Assembly: GCF_006345805.1 (NCBI RefSeq)
Contig: NC_042998.1
Coordinates: forward strand, 130,076,001 to 130,140,000
Source of the DNA: Octopus sinensis
Taxonomy: Eukaryota
Direction of reading: 5' to 3'
DNA: 64,000 nucleotides
Below, piece after piece: positions 51,918-64,000 of the stretch. Every line of letters starts with the position of its first letter. The first letter of the stretch is position 1. The notes beneath the pieces were generated by a model. That model was given only the letters and a program-made list of their open reading frames with translations, had not been told where the DNA came from and made no database searches. The translations under genes were made by a program, and so were the position numbers.

Positions 51918-52160
51918 GCGATTAAGGAGTCAATTTCGCACTGATGGTGAATAGTGGTATCGCTAACACAAACCATAACTAAATACACTTCTAAAAAATT
52001 TCATTAAAAATATGCAAGTTTGATGACATACATATGTTTTTCTGAAATTTTTTACAAGTGTATTTAGTTAAGGTTTGTGTAGCAATGCCACTATTCTTCA
52101 CCAGTGCGAAATTGACTCCTTTATGCGATGTTCCCATCGCATAAAGGAGTCAATTTCGCA
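51918..52160. repeat. Nested inverted repeats (about 86-bp imperfect arms plus a perfect 26-bp hairpin); MITE/foldback-like
   Basis: 51918-52003 pairs with 52043-52128; 52105-52130 is the exact reverse complement of 52135-52160. Confidence 0.9.
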
Positions 52161-53514
52161 TACTTACTCCATTTCTTAAACCAACAAAATTGTGTTCTGT
52201 AGCCATTCAATTTTTTGAATTGTGCGTTCAATTTGAGGAAGAATGTCCAACGTAAAAATGCGGTTCTGCTCAGTAATGCTAGTTTGCTTCTTTTTTTTTT
52301 TTTTTAAATAAATATACCTAAACACTAATACTTGTAAATCTAAAATATTGACTTTATTTCTCTCCTTCCTTTTTCCTCTATTCCATAGGATCCTATTATG
52401 AGGAACGAGTGATTTTAACATTTATTTTCCTCATACACCCGACTTCTCTTTCTTGGTTTTCTTCCATGCCTTCATAAATATGCGTCTTCTTTTCGAGAAA
52501 TGTTCCGGTCAGAAGAGGTTTATTATAAAACAAAAAGAAATTCTCTTTCCTATGTCCTTTAATTATGATGCAATAGGCGTTTCTTTCAATTTCCCTACCA
52601 GTTTACATAGGGAAATTCTTGAACGATGTGACCTGCTTCTATTGCTGTCTTAAATTTTCAACTGCATACCATGCTCCTTCGAGCTGCTAGAAATAAAATC
52701 ACTAGTGTAAAATAATTTTATTTCAACTGCAACTATTGTTTAAATCTCATTGAGCCAGAAAACAATTTAACTAAAACCCACATGTTAAAATTAATCCAGT
52801 GAATTTAACTAACATAATATAAAGTTATACATCTCACCAGGCCTTCTAACATGACCCTAAAAATTAACTAGGTGAAAAATATTCCTTAGACGTTTTTAAG
52901 TAGGCTTCTTTAAATTTAGCATCAGCAAACAGAATATACGAATTGATCAAGTTATTGGGTGGAGATTTGGCCTTGTTAGTCAAATGTTTGATCATACAAA
53001 TTGGAGAAAATTTTGCAAGACAGCCTTTCAGAACTTATTATGCATAAACAGAAAATATATGCTGTAAATATACTACATAATAGTACTGCATATGACATTG
53101 GCTGCAGGGAGAAACACTAAGGAGAAGACAGCAGCAATATTCAAACCAAAGACAGCAGTGTGAGAATATAACCCTCAAACTAAGGAGAGTGGGTGGGTCA
53201 ATAAAGCAATGAGCAGCAGCATGAAAAAAAAAAAAAAAAAACCTAAGTAGAATGAAACCCTGAAAGATAAAACCTTAAATAGGAAGGGTGTACCCGTGGT
53301 ACCAGGATAAATTGGCTGGACTCAGGAGAAATGGACGCTGGCCACCACTATGTGTAGTTAGAATGACCTAAGTTGAAAGTTTATTTTGTGGTAGTACTAT
53401 GGTATGCATCATCACACACGATATGCTGGTGGCAGACCTTGCCACCCACCTGGGGAGGCGAGGGCTTCCATCAACAATACTGTACACAGTCTTTGCACTT
53501 CGACCCAGTGCATG

Positions 53515-53734
53515 TGTATATATATATGCATATTATATATATATATTATTATATATATATATATATATATATGTGTGTATATAATAACTTCAACAACATT
53601 ATTGCCATTATCAGCCATTCTTTCCATGCCGGCATGGGTTATAAACAAAAACATGCTTGTATGGGCATTTATGCATACAAATATATATATATACACACAC
53701 ACATATATATATAAATATACACACACACACACAC

Positions 53735-53781
<47 letters not shown>

Positions 53782-53953
53782 CATATACATATATATACAT
53801 ATACATATATATACATACACACACACACACACATATAGATATATATATATACACACATATATACATATATATACATATACATATATATATACATATATAT
53901 ATATATACTTTGATAGGTTTCGGCCATTATTGGCCCAGGCCATGTCTAACTTA

Positions 53954-53986
<33 letters not shown>

Positions 53987-54230
53987 TATACATATATATA
54001 CATATATACAAATATATATATATATATATCTGTGTGTGTGTATCATGAAAGCGACAGACACATGAAGAGAAGACAACACAGGAGGGAAAGGCTTTAAAAG
54101 ATGTATTAGCTAAATAATATATATATGTGAAATATATATATATATACAAACATATATATACAGGTTATACACATATATGTGCGTGTGTGTGTGTGCATAT
54201 ATATGTATGTATATATACATATACATATGT
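53515..54230. repeat. Compound (TA)n/(CA)n microsatellite field
   Basis: Direct reading. Confidence 0.9.
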
Positions 54231-54394
54231 GTGTGTGTTATACTTTGGCACATAAAATCTGTCCAAATCTCCGACCAATCCCATACAGCTAGCTGGCATT
54301 CAATTGGCGTATCAAGTTTCAGGCATTTTGATTGGGTTTTGGATAGAAAATTCACAACAAAAATCACTTCTGTTGATTTTTTAATGGCTTTGCA

Positions 54395-54690
54395 GGGTGA
54401 CTGGGGAAATGTAAAGATGTGCACGACCACCCTTGGACGGTTTTGAATGACCATAGAAAGTGCGAGCCCTCTAACTGAAAAATTGTGGATTTGTATAAAG
54501 GACATACACACAGACAGACTTTTTGCAGTTTATATATAGAGAGATTTACGGGGTGACTGGGCAAATGTAAAGATGTGCATGACCACCCTTGGACAGTTTT
54601 GAATGACCATAGAAAGTGCGAGCCCTCTAACTGAAAAATTGTGGATTTGTATAAAGGACACGCACGCAGACCTTTTGCCATTGATATATA
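54395..54690 (+). repeat. 156-bp-period tandem duplication of the end of an unclassified repeat
   Basis: GGGTGACTGG at 54395 and 54551; GAATGACCAT at 54445 and 54601. Confidence 0.9.
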
Positions 54691-54694
54691 TATA

Positions 54695-54998
54695 TGGAGG
54701 CGCAATGGCCCAGTGGTAAGGGCAGCGGACTCGCGGTCGAAGGATCGCAGTTTCAATTCCCAAACTGAGCAATATGTGTGTATATTGAGCGAAAACACCT
54801 ACAGCTCCATGAGGCTCCGGCAGAGGGTGGTGGCGACCCCTGTTGAACTCTTTCGCCCCAACTTTCTCTCACTCTTTCTTCCCGTTTCTTGAGTAACGCT
54901 GTGATGGACGGGCGTCCCGTCCAGCTGGGGGGAACACATACGCCATAGAAACCGGGAAACTGGGCCCATGAGCCTGGCTAGGCTTGAAAAGGGCACAT
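54695..54998 (+). mobile_element. tRNA-headed SINE family C, full length
   Basis: TGGAGGCGCAATGGCCCAGTGGTAAGGG (A box), GTTTCAATTCCC (B box-like), tail GGCTAGGCTTGAAAAGGGCACAT. Confidence 0.88.
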
Positions 54999-55410
54999 TA
55001 AATATAGATATGTATATATATATATATGACAGGCTTCTTTCAGTTTCTGTCTACCAGATCCACTCACAAGTACCTAGCATAGAATAATACTTATTCATTA
55101 AGTTTGTAAAGTTATGCTCATATTTTATCAGGCAAAATATTCTCAGACGCTATTATATTTATTATTATGTTTTGAAAATATTAACCTTTTTTCTCTCTTG
55201 TTTGTTCGTTGAAGTTCTTTTTCCTATCTGCGATTTCTACTGTTAATAAATTATTCTAGGTGTTTGTTGCCTTCTCAGCAGTTTAGAATTCCAATTTGCA
55301 TTCGTCTATTTTTGAACATCCCCCTCCGTCATTGGAATTTTATATATTTATTCACTTAGTAAGATTCTGTCAACAAACATTCCCATTTCTGTTCCCATTC
55401 GATTACTTAC

Positions 55411-55488
55411 TGTAACCTGAATTACTGCTAAATATGACCCCTCCCTGCGTTCTCACTAATTTGCATTGCACCAACGTGGACGCCAGAC
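55411..55488 (-). CDS. Candidate symmetric phase 1-1 exon (LASTLVQCKLVRTQGGVIFSSNSGY)
   Basis: Acceptor TCTTTCTCATTTCAACTCCAG|, donor ACA|GTAAGT, 78 nt, single open frame. Confidence 0.3.
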
Positions 55489-55570
55489 CTGGAGTTGAAA
55501 TGAGAAAGATGATTAAACCTCATTTCCATATGAATCCCAGCGGATGGAAATAAAACTTTGCGTAGAGAGT

Positions 55571-55620
<50 letters not shown>

Positions 55621-55875
55621 CAGAGACAGGGTCATAACGACAGACCCACAGAGTGATGGAGAGAAAGAGAAGGGGATGTGCGACGCTGAAAAATGGAGGT
55701 AAGCAGGAACATATCTACACTCATACAATATAAAAGCAATATATGTGATACGCACGCAAATAAGTATGAGCATATTAATTGAGTATACGTATATAAAAGT
55801 CACACGCAAACTCATATATGCATATGAAACTGTGAGCGTGTGCATATATAGATCTGTGTGAGCGCGTGTGTATAT

Positions 55876-55930
<55 letters not shown>

Positions 55931-56114
55931 TTATTATTTTACTTGTTTCAGTCATTTGACTGTGGCCATACATACATACATACATACATACATACATACA
56001 TACATACATACATACATACATACATACATACATTCATACATACATACATACATACATATATACATACATACATAATACATCCATACATGTACGTATGCAT
56101 GCATACATACATGC

Positions 56115-56159
<45 letters not shown>

Positions 56160-56162
<3 letters not shown>

Positions 56163-56385
56163 TTTTGTGACTGTGTCCCCCCCACCATCGCATGACAACC
56201 GATGTTGGTATGTTTACGTCCCCGTAACTTAGCGGTTTGACAAAATGGGCTGACAGAATAAATATCAGGCTTACATATAATAAGACCTAGGGCCGATTTC
56301 TTCGAATAATACCCCTTTAAGGCGATGCTCTACGTTGGCCACCATCAAATGACTGAAACAAGTAAAAGAATAAAACAATAAAAGG
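56160..56385 (+). mobile_element. SINE family A, 3' half, diverged
   Basis: GACAACCGATGTTGG...CCCCGTAACTTAGCGG...AAATGACTGAAACAAGTAAAAG. Confidence 0.8.
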
Positions 56386-56793
56386 ACATACAAAAAGTCT
56401 TATTGAAAGTGACAGGTAGTCAAAACTTCGAACTCACTGTCAACAACATTCCTGTATAAAAATAATAAATTTGAACTCTTCAAAAGTATAGATTTACCCA
56501 TCTGATTAATACACAATTGTTTTAACTGTAACTGAACATATAAACAAACATTAATATATATACATACCTAAATAATAAATATATGCTGAATGCGATTAGG
56601 GAAAAAGAATTCCTTTTCCTTATTCTCGTAGACATACCGTCATCATGATCATCATCAGCTTCATCATCATTATTATTGATTTTGTTGTGGATCTATTCAT
56701 AGTTATGCTTAATAATTAACGGTAGTAATAACAGTCGTAGCATTTTTGAGATATGAAACACACGTTGCCTTAGGCTTCATGGCTACTTAAATA

Positions 56794-56832
<39 letters not shown>

Positions 56833-56833
56833 A

Positions 56834-56908
<75 letters not shown>

Positions 56909-56909
<1 letters not shown>

Positions 56910-57790
56910 CTTTGTGACACAGTGTAGATAAAAATGCGTTGGAGTTTTTAGTCATCTGTCAATTCACAACAAGGACATCAGACAGATAATACTTTCCTTA
57001 AGATGTGTGCTGTACCCTGTAAGGCTGCTTTTTGCAAGACATCAGTCTTGCATGGAATTTCCAAATTTTGAAGTTTCAATGGGATTGAGCCCAGCGCTCC
57101 GATCACCACTGATATCACTTTTACATTACCCTTTTGCATTCCATACAGTCTTGCCATTTCCATTTTCAGTTCGGAGTATTTGGTGATTTTTTCAACCTCT
57201 TTACTTACAATATTCATGTAATTTATTATGGCTACATCAATGATCTGACAGTATTTGTCTCTCTTATTCAATATGACAATATCCGGCCGATGGTGTTTGA
57301 TTACATGATCCATCTGAAAATCATAGTCCCAGAGTATCGTTACTTTTCCATCCTCCTGCACGCTCATACCAGTTCTCTGTTATTTCATATTGGTATTTAC
57401 GGCATAAGAGTCAATGAAGATACACACACACACACACACTTCATCGTAGCGGCACTTGTATTATTTTTGTGCAAGGCTCTCACACACACTTACCAAGTGG
57501 GTCACATTTTCCACACTTTCCACGGAATCTGTATTTCTGGGTGTCACTGGTGCCACTGAATTGGTAGCAAGAGTCTGGTCTTGTGCAGCAATGATGAGGC
57601 TTTAGATGTACGCTTCAAAATCACCTCGCTTAAGCCATGCCCACGATGCTGTATTGTCTTTAACGTTGTGCGCACCCCTTTCAAACTTTCCATGCATTCT
57701 CTTTTCAAGAAGATCTACTTTTCTCTTCTTTGCTCCTTGGTTAAACTGATCCTTGCCCATCATTTCATCTGCTTTTATACCCATATCTTT
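56909..57790 (-). mobile_element. Dong/R4-type LINE 3' fragment
   Basis: SWAWLKRGD, ILWDYDFQMDHVIKHHRPDIVIL...CQIIDVAI, VISVVIGALGSIP, LQKAALQGTAHILRKVLSV*; 3' end abuts (TAA)n. Confidence 0.9.
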
Positions 57791-57814
57791 CGCGGTATAT
57801 TGCAGCAGGTCTGT

Positions 57815-57873
57815 ATGTATATATACATATATATATACGTACATGTGTATGTGCATGTGTTTGAATGTATGTA

Positions 57874-57909
<36 letters not shown>

Positions 57910-58035
57910 TGTATGTATGTATGTATGTATGTATGTATGTATGTATGTATGTATGTGTGTATGTATGTATGCATGCATGTATGTATGTATGTATGTATGT
58001 ATGCATGCATGTATGTATGTATGTATGCATATATG
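57815..58035. repeat. (TATG)n microsatellite
   Basis: Direct reading. Confidence 0.95.
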
Positions 58036-59074
58036 TAAGAAAAACATCCAAATTAGTTCATAGAATATACAACACGACATCAGCAGGAAATTCAAACCTT
58101 TGTTCGATAATTATCTAACTTCAATTCTGCCAACTATAGAATAATACTTTTTGCCATTGGGTTGATGCTTTCTTCATTTATTTTATAATTTCTTTCGTAT
58201 GACATAGTTTTTGTAAAAAAGCAAATGAATTAAATGACCGAGATGAATGGAGAATACAATTGCAAAAAAAAAAAGAAATACTACATAGAATGGAAATTAA
58301 ATATTTCATTATCTGATGTAGTAAACAATAAATTGAACTAGAACTAATACATGCATAAAGAAATTTTATTAAAATAAAAGAAATTGATTTTCTTAGACAA
58401 TTTGTACAAGGCTAAGTATTTTGTGGGTTAGTAGGACATTCAATTTATTGAATGCAATATTTGATCGGTACACGTTAGGTCTTTCTCATGGAGTATGAAA
58501 TAACAACTGGAAAATCGGCTTGAATCGAGAAGGTTAAGTAGTCATAGAAGTAAGGTGTCTAACCTCGAGGGAAGTGAACTAAATTAAATAATGGTTATAA
58601 TTAATTGAAAGCTCTGTTGTATTTGAAAGTCCTTTATTTTATCGATACCAGAAGAAAATCATTCCCAATAGTATTTGAACTTGAAACATGGGTTTAAACT
58701 AGTCATGACCAGTGCGGTATATAAATCCTATTCTTGAAATTATGTGAGTTTACTGCAATGAATATAACAACAGTTTCTAAATCTGGCAGGAATTTAACTG
58801 TTATAATGGAATGTGTGACTTGTTGATTAAATCAGAGACAGTATTTCAATGCTTATAAATTTATCGATTTGGTTAGAAGTTAAAGTCAAAACGATAAAAA
58901 GACAAAGTTAATTAACGTGATGTATTTTTTTTATACAAACTTTTATCGAATATGTTTCACCGATTATTCTTAATAAATAGTTTCCACATATATATATACT
59001 TATTTATATATACAAATGTATACATATATATTTCCAACTATCTTTATATATGTATGTATGTATGTATTTATGTT

Positions 59075-59555
59075 TTCTCTTATTCTTTTCTTTGTTTCAG
59101 TCATGCGGTTGTGTTCATTCTGGAGCACCATTGTGGTTTTGCACCGTTACTTATGGTTATTCTTCGGTGGATTCCTCTATGTGCCTTTGTCCCAGCTGTT
59201 GGCCCATTTGGTTATGAGGGAATTTGACTCCGATGCCCTCGTCTGTATATCATGCCGGACCGTCGGTTCATCCGGTATTGTAGAGAGGAGGATATCGACC
59301 TTCTTTCTGAACACATCTACATCCACATAATGTATGTTTTTTAATTTTTGTGGCAGAGCATCGAAAACCTGTGGACTTTTAAACACCAGACTGTTGCAGT
59401 ACCTGGTCCTGAATTTAGATGGAGTGGATGGTAACTTCGGCACAATACAAAGGCGTCCTCTTCTGGCACTTGTATAATACTTAATGTCAAAATTGTATAA
59501 CACTTTTAACATTTCTATAACACTTAATGCCAAAACTTTTCTAGAGTTTTCCATA
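59075..59555 (-). mobile_element. CR1-group LINE 3' fragment (ORF2 C-terminus and 3' UTR)
   Basis: NSLVFKSPQVFDALPQKLKNI...FRKKVDILLSTIPDEP, similar to the GPRLFNxLP...FKxxLDxFL pattern at CR1-type ORF2 ends; clade within the CR1/L2 group uncertain. Confidence 0.7.
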
Positions 59556-61254
59556 TGTAGATTATTACATATCTACCGCAACTTCGCTCCAAGGACTAAG
59601 GTCGTAGTTTTTTCAGCCTCTCTCTCTGTAGCTCATTTGCTGTACTATTAGAATATTTTACACACACACGCGCGCGCAAGCGCACGTACACACACATACA
59701 CACACACACACATACATGACGAAAAATTTGTGCGAAGCAAAAATGAAGTACGTCAACCGAAGCACTTGACTGGTATTTTATTTTATTTACACGAGGAAGA
59801 TAACTTGAAAAGCAAAGGTTTCTGACATCAATGCTTAACCGGCAAAAATTTGGGCGAAAGGTAAGTAGATAACGCTTTTTCATTATTGAACTGGTACTTA
59901 TTTAATCCATTTGAAAAGTATGCCAGGTAAAGAAAATTTTAGATTTTGAATGAAGAAAATACTGGTAAAAATTTTCAAACCACAAGGCATTTTGTTTGGC
60001 GACATAACTGCATTAAAATATAGTTCTACAGTTGTAAATATTTTTTTTAAAATTCCAAATCGGAAAGTGTTTTTAATGCTTACCTGACGCCACAAATGAA
60101 AAATTCTGCAAAATGCATGAAAGGTCCGACTACTTGCAGCTGTTTTGTACTGTTATGACAAGTGCATTTACATGCAGTGATGATCATTCTGTTTTGTTGT
60201 TTGCGTTATGTTAGCGCAAAATTATTTTTATAATTTCTCTTCCAGAAACCATTACTTGTACATTACTTAAAAAATATAATGCTGACTTTTTACAGTTTTT
60301 ATTTCATTTCCCAGTAATCATGTTCAATATTTTGTTTCTGTACCTTATATAAAAAATAATATTTGTATAATAAAAAATAAAATACTTGTGGTGTACGTAT
60401 ACTCTGACCTTTTAGGCAAAACGTGATATCGTAGGTGGAAACTCCAATCTTACATTTCTGATGGTATCATGTATGAAAAGTTATTAAGAGTTTATATAAA
60501 ATTACATTCACAATATATGTATAAGCTATATTATGAAATAAAATGGATATTTTGATCAGACTTGGGTCACATTTCGAAAGTGTCCTATTTTACTGATGCA
60601 AATATATACAAACTTTAATATCAACAACTTTCTCAGTCTCCCGAATTTCGGATAGGAGACTTTCAATTATTCTTATCAATCCCATTTTCAAAGAGTAGAT
60701 GCAGATAAAATAATTATCTACTTCTTGATTACTAATTTAGCTCATTGACACGAAAATATAACGAAAATTAACATCGACAATGTCAGACTACGAAATGTGA
60801 ATAGAGAGGTGGGTAACTAAATATTTTAAAGTATTTTCTCTGACATACAACCATACCGTTTACAATATGCAATACGCATATTCATACCGCTAAAAATGAC
60901 ACCTGCTTCGCTTGTAATAATCGTTAAAAAGTGAATTTCGACCTTGCCAAATTTATACATTTCTCTGACATTAACCGAATAACTCGATACATTTTGTTAT
61001 ATACGTCTAACATCAACGATATGATAGAATGGAATAAATGTGAAGTAGCATTTTGAGACAAGTTAATTGGATAAGACAAAAACATGACATACACAAAGAG
61101 ATACACACACTGACACACACACACACACACACACACATACATCCACACATCCAAAATATCTATCTATCTGACGGTCAGTCAGTCTTCTTTGTTTGTCTGA
61201 CAGTCAATCAGTCTGAACGTCTGTCAGCACATGCATGTGTATATGTTTGTATAT

Positions 61255-61710
<456 letters not shown>

Positions 61711-62582
61711 TATAATCTCTTTCTCCCGTAGATTAGGGATCACTAACTGTATCAGTACTTTTCTTAAATATTCTGCTTGTTATTACATCCCAAGCTGAAA
61801 ATATAATGGTGTCTATAAGAAATGTAAAAGTTAAATGCCGAGCTAGATTTTATCTAATATTCAATAAATTTAAATCGTATGGTATCTTTTCTCTGCCAGT
61901 GATCAATATATTATGCAGAATCGCCTATAAATGTTAAGCCAGATGCCTGATGGAAAGTATTTCATGTAATACAAAGGGAGTCCTTCCTGATGAATCGAAG
62001 ATGCAGTTTGTTTTCGTGATTAACCAGTTCCCTTGCCTTGTGTCTTTAAATTCTGGTGTTTCCTTTTTTAAGCTGTGTCAAATATCATTTTAAAATTGAA
62101 ACAATATCATAACTGAACATTCCTTTCAGCCATTAGAGGATAGACACACACACATGCACAAACACACACACGTACAAACACACACGTACAAGCACACACA
62201 CACTTTTTAATAGACCTGTCTTCTATGAAGTCACAAATTTTTTTTCGCTATTGTTACTATACACAACCAAAATAATTCCACTTAATCCTTGAATTTAAAT
62301 GTCATTAGAAAAGCTCCTTCACCATTCTACTGCTTCTCCTTACACAGGAATGACGTCTGGATTTTGAATGCTTATTGTCGGTATATATTTGTATTCCTTT
62401 ATATTAAACATTGACAGCCGAGTCTAGATTATGGTGATATTCATTAAAATACTACATCATCATATATTATCAAAAGACATATATGTAAAACATTGTTTCC
62501 TTTGATATTAACATTAAGCAATTCGCTGTCTCTCTCACCCACTCACATAAAACGATATATATATATATAATACACACGCACA

Positions 62583-62622
<40 letters not shown>

Positions 62623-62644
62623 TATATATATATATATATATATA

Positions 62645-62696
<52 letters not shown>

Positions 62697-63324
62697 TATA
62701 TATATATATATGTATATATACTACTTGAATATTGAATTGTGTTTCCTGTAGTTCGATATATTTTCCCCTAACATTGCCTGGTCAGTTGCTTAATACCACT
62801 CACCGTCTAAAAGGCATTGATTACACAACCTTAAAATAGTAGAAAGTATATATATATAAAAAAATCATGCTGACGATTTATCTGACGAGTTGAACAAAGT
62901 ATAGAATAAAGTGAATACTTTTGTAAAGTAATTTTTATTTTTTCTGTTGTTTGGATGAAAGCTTCTGGTAGAACTTATCGGATATAATGCAGCCATAATT
63001 TATTCTTTCTGCAAAAGATCATTTTCGAATAGACTGCATGTATACGGACAGTCAAACATACGTTTGTGTCCACACATACATACACACACACACACACTTC
63101 TATATAATGCATCAAAATTAGTGTATCAATATAAAACATTAAAATTCACACATTTTTGTTACAAATTTGATATTATATATCCTGAGTAGGCTACATATGT
63201 GTGTGTGCTTGCGTGTGCATGTGTGTGTATGTGTGTACGTATGAGTGCGTGTTTGTGTGTATGTGTGTGCATTCAGATATATACATATATGTGTGCATGT
63301 ATATATATGAAAGATTCATACCGT

Positions 63325-63531
63325 AATCGTGCTGGGCAACACCCTGAAGAATGTTTGTCGAACGAATAGACCCCAGTCCTTACATTATCTAAGCCTCGTG
63401 CTTATTCTGAGGTTTTCGTTTGCCAAAACACTACGTTATGGAGACGTAAACATACAGCACCGGTTGTGAAGCGGAGGTGAGGTACAAACACACACACACA
63501 CACACACACAGATATACCACGGGTTTCTTTC
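63325..63531 (-). mobile_element. SINE family A-related, old 3' half
   Basis: GACGTAAACATACAGCACCGGTTGTGAAGCG and GACCCCAG resemble family A body. Confidence 0.6.
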
Positions 63532-63545
63532 AAGCACTCTTCTTA

Positions 63546-63775
63546 TTTTTTCATTGTCCATAAGGGGCTAAACATAGAGGGGACAAACAAGGACAGACAA
63601 AGTGATTAAGTCGATTACATCGACCCCAGTGCGTAACCGGTACTTAATTTATCGACCCTTAAAGTTGAAAGGCAAAGTTGATCTCGGCGGAATTTGAACT
63701 CAGAACGTAACGGCAGACGAAATACCGCTAAGCATTTCGCCCGGCGGGCTAACGTTTCTGCTAGCTCGCCGCCTT
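63546..63775 (-). mobile_element. SINE family B, tail type B1, with 14-bp TSD
   Basis: AAGCACTCTTCTTA at 63532-63545 and 63776-63789. Confidence 0.92.
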
Positions 63776-63820
63776 AAGCACTCTTCTTACTACACAAACA
63801 TACCTACACACACACACACA

Positions 63821-63862
<42 letters not shown>

Positions 63863-64000
63863 GAGGAGAGAGAGAGAGAGAGAATGACAACTATATAATA
63901 GTTGATTTTTAGTAGAAACTCTTAGCAAAAGAGAAGGATTAGTGTGATAAGGAGACAAGTATAAATCAGTACCATTTTGTATATCTAAGTAAACAATGAT

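Noticed and set aside
52176-52610. About 145-codon open minus-strand frame
   Set aside because: Runs through a poly(A)-derived Lys tract and purine-rich low complexity; no motif recognised
54695-54770. tRNA genes at SINE heads (also 22110, 36768, 13975-14047)
   Set aside because: A and B boxes present but no complete cloverleaf, and each continues into a SINE body
27586-54998. Inverted SINE C pair as ends of a 27-kb composite element or dsRNA
   Set aside because: Too far apart, no shared TSD; independent insertions suffice
59820-59930. Perfect plus-strand donor AAG|GTAAGT at 59861
   Set aside because: Such a 9-mer is expected about once by chance in this window; no convincing partner exon

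Overview
AT-rich, microsatellite-dense eukaryotic DNA. The SINE and LINE families match my recollection of octopus (coleoid cephalopod) repeats; that species call is an inference, not a search result. No host gene can be named. The window holds four tRNA-headed SINE families, an unclassified (TAA)n-embedded repeat, and decayed fragments of Dong/R4, RTE, L1/Tx1, CR1-group and Penelope-like (PLE) retroelements, a DD37D Tc1/mariner and a probable Chapaev-3 DNA transposon. A few low-to-moderate confidence exon candidates are present, the best being an ATG exon plus microexon at 34906-35273. Most ORF-track entries are microsatellite artefacts. The most notable observations are: (1) a PLE 3' end with a tRNA-like Pol III-type cassette just upstream of an apparently intact minimal hammerhead ribozyme, plus four more hammerhead-like remnants; (2) a 413-bp near-perfect palindrome and a nested hairpin element; (3) two SINE/LINE shared-tail pairs visible inside the window; (4) a pile-up of Dong-type elements in (TAA)n microsatellites; (5) an unclassified decayed ORF with an RRM-like motif. 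All alignments, translations and folds were done by eye.
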